Positions 56,764 through 64,000 of a stretch of 64,000 bases of DNA are shown here, in pieces (position 1 is the stretch's first letter; each line of letters begins with the position of its first letter). A program made the position numbers and the translations under genes. Below the pieces are notes generated by a model. That model ran no database searches. It was not told where the DNA came from and saw only the letters and a list, made by a program, of their open reading frames with translations. The stretch comes from Macrostomum lignano (taxonomy: Eukaryota), in the NCBI GenBank assembly GCA_002269645.1, contig NIVC01003730.1, positions 1 to 64,000 of the forward strand, written 5' to 3'.

Positions 56764-58974
56764 TTATCGGTGCTTAGCCTGATGAGCCAGCTGCTGCTGC
56801 TTAACAATGGCCGAGGCGGACAACTGCGGATTCGAGCCCAGGACTACCGGAGCAGCCAACTGTTGCTGCAACAAACTCTGTTGATTAAGATGATGCTGAT
56901 GCTGCATCAGAGAGTGATGATGATGCTGCCTCTGCTGCTGCTGGGGAAGCTGGGCCTGCATAGCGACCCGGTGCTGGGCCAGCCGAGCCCGGCAGTGAGC
57001 GCCGATGCCGGACATCGGGGCCAGGGTGCGCCTGCGGGCCCAGCCCAACAGGGCCAGGCCGCTACCAGCGCCGCCATCAGCTGTGGAGCAGCCTGCCGCA
57101 GAAGTCGCAGCCGAGGCAGCCCGACCGCCGCCGCGTCGAATCAGCAGAAGAGGCTGCGGCGCGCCGAGACAGCGAAACTGAGCGCCAGCGACGGCCTCCG
57201 CAGGCTGCTGCTGGTCGGTGGGCAGCGGCACCGGAGTGGGCGCGGGCGTGGGGAATTCCAAGAAATCCTCGTCAGACGAGTACGCCTCCGGATTAGCCGG
57301 TGGAGGCGGCGATGAGGAGGAGGAAGCGGCGGACGAGCACAGGGCGGTGGCAGTGGGGATGAGCACAACTGGCTGCTGCCGGAAGAACATCTGCAGCGCC
57401 GGCTGAGTTTGCTGGTGCTGGTGGTTCAGCAGCTGCGGCGAGCTGCTCACTGCTGGCAGCGGGCCCGCGGCTGCCGACACCGGCGCGCCGGGTGGAGCCA
57501 CGGCGGGCGGCTGTCCGGATTTGAGGCTCCGGCTGGCCTGCAGCAGGGCATCGAACGGGCGGGTCCTGCCGGGCACTGCGCGCCGGTCTCGCAGGCTGTG
57601 CTTCTTGCAGGTCAGGGAGCGGACGCAGCGCTGGCCGGAGTCGGTGACTACGCCGCAGTGATTGTCCGGGTCAAAGGCGCGGTCTCGGAGCGGCAGGATG
57701 CGCGTTTTGGTGCCGCCGCTTTGCCCGCTGTTGCTGCTGGTGTGGCTGGGCTGATGCATCAGCGGCTGGCTTGAGGCCACGCCGCCAAGAGGCGACATCG
57801 CCACGGCGGTTGTGGGTGTCGCCGCACCGCCTTGCTGACCGTGGCGATGCTGCTGATAGCCAGACGAAGCCAAACTCACCAGCGCAGCGGCGCCAGCAGC
57901 AACGGCCGATGCGGATTCGTCCTCTTCGCGGATTCGAACCACCGGAACCGCATCCTCTTCCGGTTCGAGCGATACGCTGACGGGAGCCTCCTCGAGCAGG
58001 CCAGGCAGCCGCGGGGTCTACGAGAGAGCGGGAGGGCGATTCTTTAAACTGGGCTGTGGGCGATTCTTTAAACTGGGCTGCAGGGCGATTCTTTAAACTG
58101 GGCTGCAGGGCGATTCTTTAAACTGGGCTGCAGGGCGATTCTTTAAACTGGGCTGTAGGGCGATTCTTTAAACTGGGCTGCAGGGCGATTCTTTCCAAAC
58201 TTTAATCTAAGAGATTATCAGAGCCAGTTAAGGACCAGGTGAGTTATATGAGAATCAGGAGACAACTCAGCTACACAACAGCCAGCTCAATACACAGGAC
58301 AGGTAAGACAGGAAAGCAACCTGGGAGTCCTCCGCAGCCATCGGGCTGGCCCAGATTCCTCCGCTGCTGCTGCCGCGCCCGTTGCCAACCTCAGCATCTT
58401 CATCATCGTCCGCCGCCTCCTCGTCATCCTCGGCCACCTCCGCGTCTTCCTGCTCGTCATCTTCATCTTCGACTGCGGTTGTCGCCGACGCCACGGAAGT
58501 TGGCGCTGTGGTGCCGCCCTGCAGAGCGGAGGCCAAGTGGCCAGCGGCGGCGCCGCCAGCCCTGCTAGGAGTCGATGGCGGACTCGTCAGCATCAGCGGC
58601 GAAGTTGACAGCAGCGCCGCCTGGGTCAGCGTGGGCGAATCTGCCATCATGGCAGCTGCCGCCGCCGCCGCGGCTGCCGCAGCAGTGGCGTCGCGTTTCC
58701 CGCGGACTTTCCTTCGGCCTTTGCTGTGCGCGCTGTCCAGGTGCCTGAGCAGGGTGATGAGGCTGGGGAATCTCAGCGAGCATAGGCGACAATCGTGAGC
58801 AACAAAATCTCTGCTCAACGGAGTCTGGCTGAGCAGCGGCATCAGGTCGGACTGGAGCAGCGGCACGTCTGGACTGCTGGGCTCCGGGTTGGATGGGCAT
58901 CGAAGCTGGCCACTGCGCTGGGCTTGGCCGATGGCCGACACCTCGCCCTGGAGCCAGCTGCTCCAGTCTGCCAT
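56764..58974 (-). CDS. ATXN7: Ataxin-7-like / Sgf73 SAGA DUB-module subunit; exons 58321-58974 and 56764-58017, about 635 aa
   Basis: N-terminal WSSW followed by DFVAHDCRLC...HLDSAH zinc finger; SCA7 domain FDPDNHCGV...CVRSLTCKKHSLRDRRAVPGR..FDALL. Phase-0 intron 58018-58320. Confidence 0.8.
58033..58195. repeat. 25-bp minisatellite in the ATXN7-like intron
   Basis: GGGCGATTCTTTAAACTGGGCTGCA, about 6.5 copies. Confidence 0.9.
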
Positions 58975-59177
58975 GCTGCTTCGGCCTCTTGTAGTGGATT
59001 GTTGCTATGCACTTTGGCTTTGAATGCTGGTGCAACTGCAAGTCTGCAATGGACTGCTAGGTTTCAGTGTTGCACTGCGGCTGATTTCATTTGGGGCCAA
59101 CTAATAGCAGTAAAAGGGCAATAAATTTTTTTAATTGGATAGGAAATCACTTTGAATTATATTATTACAATGAATGT

Positions 59178-59253
59178 ATTGTATTGCTGAATGTATTAAA
59201 TATGTATATACTTATATTGTATTGCTGAATGTATTAAATATGTATATACTTAT
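59178..59253. repeat. 38-bp perfect tandem duplication
   Basis: ATTGTATTGCTGAATGTATTAAATATGTATATACTTAT, 2 copies. Confidence 0.85.
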
Positions 59254-59686
59254 ATGTAGACTAATACTAAATAATGAATGATACAATTGATATGAAATAT
59301 ATGATATATTTAATCATACATGTGTGATATACACCACCCAATCCATTTGGCCAACATGGATCACTGAAGAGAGGAGAAATGCAATTAGAAAAGGAAAAAA
59401 ATAAAATAAAAAAGTTACAATTAGAACCAACAAAGCTTTTATTTTTGTTAAAACTATAAGCTTGAATTTTCACAATTAATGTTAATTTAAAAAGCTATAT
59501 AAGTATATATTTGCTATACAAAAATAAAAAGAATAATATTATTAGCTAAATAGGCCCTAACAGATATAGATAATTTTAAAGAATTCTTAAATAGTCCACT
59601 TTTGATATTTAGAACCTTACTACTTAAAATGCTTTAGGATTTAATGTAGATAACTTAGAAATTTTTTTATTTATTAGAAATATATA

Positions 59687-60473
59687 TGGCTCATTCCATA
59701 TAAGCATGGTCGTAACATGACAGGTTATTTTTACTTATAAAATGAAATCTAATAATAGAATATACTAAACCAATATTTTAAATGAAAGATTATTTTGTCT
59801 AGAATATATTTATAGAGTTTCATATAGATATCATCATTAGTATAGATGCTATTAAACCTTAAATGACACTTATGGTCGTAACGACAGGATTTTTGACATA
59901 TAGAAACTAAAAGGTAAAAGTCTTATAACATTTTTCATTTTTGATATTTTGCAATACATTTTTAAAATTTGACTAAGAACATCTTTAGAAATCATACTCT
60001 TTTATTAGAATATATAAACTCAAAAGGCAACAAAGATACAAAAGAAAAGGCAGCCTTATGGTCGTAACATTATGGTCGTAACATATTTTTTTCTGTCAAT
60101 TCAGTAACTTTGAGGTACTAATACATTAAAAATATAATAGATTATTTGGTCACCAATGCTTTTATCTGATGATGCAAGTACTATACTTTTATCTATAGTT
60201 TGTTTCAACCTTCAAAAGCTTTCTATTTGTTTTTAAAAGGTACAAAATCTTAATGATGTCTTTTGCTTTGAAAAATGTCCAAATTTTTACAAAAATGACT
60301 TTTTGCCAATTGATAACATACTAATCCAATATTTTACCATTCCTTTATTCTTAGATTGTATATATTGCACAATATAAACATTTGGTAAAAAATAGGCTAA
60401 TTAGGCAATGGCAAGCAAAAATATTGACTTTTTTCTATTTTCCAAATATGTCCATCTTATATGGAATGAGCCA
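59687..60473. mobile_element. TA-flanked MITE, about 790 bp (Tc1/mariner-like target)
   Basis: TIR TGGCTCATTCCATATAAG / CTTATATGGAATGAGCCA embedded in TA runs; internal ATGGTCGTAAC occurs four times. Confidence 0.7.
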
Positions 60474-62377
60474 TATATATATATAGGCTAGATAGATAAT
60501 TGGTCTATTGTCTAAATAAGACAAAAATTAAATTATGCATACCTATCAATTAATATACTTATTATCAAAATTTTATTTTATTTTATTGTAGCAACAAAAG
60601 TTAAAAGGCTAAAAAAATTATCTCTAGGCTAATAGTTCTAGTAAGTACTAGTAGTTAGGCCTTAATTGATTGAAACAAAAAAATTATAAAGCAAATCAAC
60701 ATACATAGCCTTGGTTTAAGCCGAATGCTTGGCTTAAAAAACTTATAATGGCATATAATACTAGGCTATATAGGCACATAAGATATTTTTCAACTAGATA
60801 TAGGTAGGCATAGGTCTAAAAATTGAAAACCATGATCAGCTGATCAATAAATCAAAATTAAACAAGAAAAATTTTCGATGCAAAAATTCAAGGACTAGGG
60901 TCTAGCCCCAGGGCCTAGACTAGACCTAAGCTGATAGACCCTTTCCCTCGGGCCTCGGCCTAACTAACCTACAGAAGCCTTTAGACCCTAATCCTCTTCT
61001 ACTAGACTAAGAATTGGCAATACAGGCCGACCCTAAAAATAATTTAGTATGGGCCTAAATAATGTCCATAAACCATAATGCATAGTGTGGAACCTAGCTA
61101 ATGAAAAAAGCAATGAATATAGAATGTAACATTCCGATCAGGAGCATAATGATGTTGTGGCATCGGCATGACAAATGGGATTATTGTTCAAGGATGCAGT
61201 TTGCAGAAGCTGTACTCGCAAACCGTTTTCTAAGAAAAATATTCACGATGTACCGAACCGAGGTTGAAGTTCCTGAAGAATCACTTTAGTTAACTTTATA
61301 ATAATTTATCATGAACAAGAACATTATCAAAAATCTTCAGCTGAGCCATCATGCAGCTACATCTATCTAGCATTTTTGTCATGAGTTTATAGTATATAGC
61401 TATACGAGAGTATATCTCGTACATACGAGCGTAGCGTTGCTATGGTTCCATGGCAACTGGGTCCATGGGTCCATGCCTGGAAAAAATTTTCCAGGTCCAT
61501 GAGGTTGGTGCAGTGGCGCCCCGCACTTTGCTCTAGTTCAGAAATTGTGGGAGGGCTAAATTTGAGTCCGATCGAGAGACTACAATTATCAGTATTCAAC
61601 CACAGCAGCAAAAAGGATTTGTATAGGTCTGAACCTGCACATGCATGTACATGCATGTGGCCGTGGGCATACATATACAGCACATGCAAAAATGCCAAGC
61701 GAAGCGACCTAGTTAATGCCGAACATACGGCCTTGCAAACCTAGCAGCGTCCTGTGAAACATTCTGGGATGCAAGTGTAGGCCGCATAACAGTATATATA
61801 GTGGCCCGAATGTGAACCGAAGACTAAATTGGTTGAGGATATAATCTGGGAGTTACGCTATTTACATGTATATGTACAGTGTATAAGGCTAGATCCGGTA
61901 GTACAGGTGGCTCGGCAGCGTCTGCGTCAAGCTTGGCAAAGATAGGAGGTGGACTGTGGAGTGAAGCCGAGGCCACGTACTCAAAATGAAGTGTGGACTC
62001 CTGGTACTGCGCACGCACTGTGGCCTGGTACATGTACATTACGAGTACACTCAAAGTGTGGCGCCACTACATCATGTCTTAAATAAAATGGCGCCCTACA
62101 AAAGACGCTTTCCCCGATAAAAAACTCCGGCTACGCCCAATGGAGCACCGTGAATGGTCCATCTGACTGTCGTTTCTGGTGGCCCTAATATTACCAGCCG
62201 AAACGTCAAACGCCTGAATATATGAGCTGTGTGAGTTATTTTTCTAAATTTACTTAAGCACTTATAATGCATAGTAGGCAGAAATTCCGCCTCCCAGCGT
62301 GGAAATCACACGTTCGCCCAGCACGACAGCTGAGGTTGGCCTGGCCCTCGCGACGTAGCAATGCCCAGATGGTCCAT

Positions 62378-62452
62378 GGCGCGGCGAGGACTTTGATCAT
62401 TGTCTGGTTGATGCAGGAGTTCAAGCGCAAGTACCGCAAGGACATGAGCAGC
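62378..62452 (+). pseudogene. Short HSP70 fragment with a frameshift
   Basis: GEDFDHCLVD then, after a frame change, QEFKRKYRKDMSS. This matches HSP70 GGEDFDNRLVNHFVxEFKRKxKKDxS with an apparent 8-nt deletion. Confidence 0.7.
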
Positions 62453-62482
62453 ACGGCCGGTCTGGATGATCGGGGTTGCTGC

Positions 62483-62819
62483 CAGGGGCGTCGCCATGGA
62501 TTTTATGGTGGGGGAGGACAAACCCAAGAATTCTACATGTACATGTACATGACTAAATTCCTACATGTACATTATTTTCAGAAATCGGTGTTGTCAGCAC
62601 CCATTTTACCGCCGCAGGCACTCATTTTGGTACTGCAGACAGGCACTCATTTTAGCGCCGCAGGCGCTATGTTATGTCGCCCTTTCAGCAAAATTATTGA
62701 TTTCCAAAACGGGTCACAAGGTGGGGTGGGGGGACAAAGCATTGGCATGTTCTTCCATATCTTTTACTGATGTCCCTCCCCTGATGGACATGTCTCCCCC
62801 GCCGGTGGCGACGCCCCTG
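62483..62819. mobile_element. 337-bp MITE with 8-bp TSD (hAT- or P-like)
   Basis: TIR CAGGGGCGTCGCCA / TGGCGACGCCCCTG, exact TSD GTTGCTGC. Confidence 0.85.
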
Positions 62820-64000
62820 GTTGCTGCCATTAGCTCTGTTGGTTCTGCGAGCAGCTCAGGTTGGTCTCCAACTGCAACAAAGTGAATCCAGTGTTTTCCG
62901 GAGACTCAACCTCAAGAAGGAACAGCATCTCACTTGATTCCCAATCTAGATGAGTCAAGGACAACCCCTTACTCTGGAGGATCTCCTGTTGCAGATGTTT
63001 TACACCGCGAAAAAGAATTATTTTTCAATAAAAATCTGCTAAAGCAGCTGAAGTCTAGACTGGAACCGTTTCTGGCAGTCATGGTCCTGTACAAGTACAT
63101 GTAGAAGAGCAATATGGCTGTCTTGGTAAGCCCTACCGGTGCTCTCAATGGAAAGTTTTTTAAGAGACTCTTAAAGGGCCTGCGTCTTCATACGTGTACA
63201 AGCGGCTGCTTCCGGATTCTTGCTCCCTATAACAAAAATCCTTGCCTATAATTGATATTCCATTAGGCTCGAATTCTGCCGCAACAAACGTAAACAAAAA
63301 GTTTTCTCGCTTTAAAAGTGAGTTGCATCATACTACTCTTGAAATTAACAGTGATTAGTGGATGGGCTGCTTGCTAGTCTTTTTGTGAAAAGCAAATGAA
63401 AATCTCAACTCAAGCTGCTGAACTGGTGTCTCAAATATCTTATAAGTAGTCCTTCCTTCCATCTTTCCATTTTTCGAGCAGATTAACAATTCTCTAGCTG
63501 AGTCTGAAAAGCGCGACTTTCTGAAAGAAGATATTTGAGAACAAGCCCTACGAAAGAATTCAAAGTAGCTGTATATTTGTTTCTCACATCGGAGCACGCT
63601 AAAGAAAACTAAAGCCGCTAAAGAGGCTTAACGAATTCTCAACAAAAAGCTGAATTATCCAAAGTCAGGGACTGCATTTGTGATGGGAGAATTTCTACAA
63701 TTTTAGAATAACCGTTTCTGCAATTTAAAACTTGTTCAATTACACATTCTTACAGAATTTAAAATTGTCAGGACAATTAGCCCAAGGACAATATTGCATG
63801 ATAGAAAATTAAGTCTTGGTCTCCCAGAACGTCGATTGTACATTGTCCATGCCTTGTCTGTCAATAAATCAGTAAAAACCTTCAACAGAGCCAATTTCTA
63901 TAACCACAACACATCAATCAATGTTTTTGATCCCTTATATTGTTCTATTTCTATGTGTCATACTCGTAGAAATAGAAGAAAATGGACAAAGCACTTGCTT

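Noticed and set aside
63355-63720. Protein-like reading with scattered stops, as a hypermutated pseudogene
   Set aside because: No recognisable family and a frameshift is needed. Any stop codon can be derived by C-to-T, so that argument is circular.

Overview
Eukaryotic (animal) genomic DNA with spliceosomal introns. The GC3-rich, Ala-rich exons, the AT-rich spacers and the very high minisatellite load look like the free-living flatworm Macrostomum (inference, no search run). Ten protein-coding genes can be reconstructed. On the + strand: VDAC (2 exons), SH3BP5-like, ZPR1 (4 exons), NASP and a prominin-like gene, then alpha-tubulin and a GT32 DXD glycosyltransferase. On the - strand: a VWDE-like secreted EGF protein (one 3-kb exon), a 14-exon NAGLU whose catalytic micro-exons are invisible in the ORF track, and an ataxin-7/SCA7-domain gene. 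About a quarter of the window is tandem repeat, with more than 20 different units, and most introns over 200 nt carry their own private array. Mobile DNA: four elements with exact 8-bp TSDs (three hAT-like MITEs and one P/Galileo-like foldback element with perfect 230-bp TIRs and a transposase C-terminal remnant), two tRNA-derived CORE-SINE copies, TA-flanked MITEs, a possible solo LTR and an HSP70 fragment. There is an assembly gap at 30389-30870. Leading candidates for new biology: an operon-like, possibly SL trans-spliced VDAC-SH3BP5-ZPR1-NASP cluster with minisatellite-inflated spacers; one-array-per-intron minisatellite genesis; and the foldback P-like element. All alignments and counts were made by eye.
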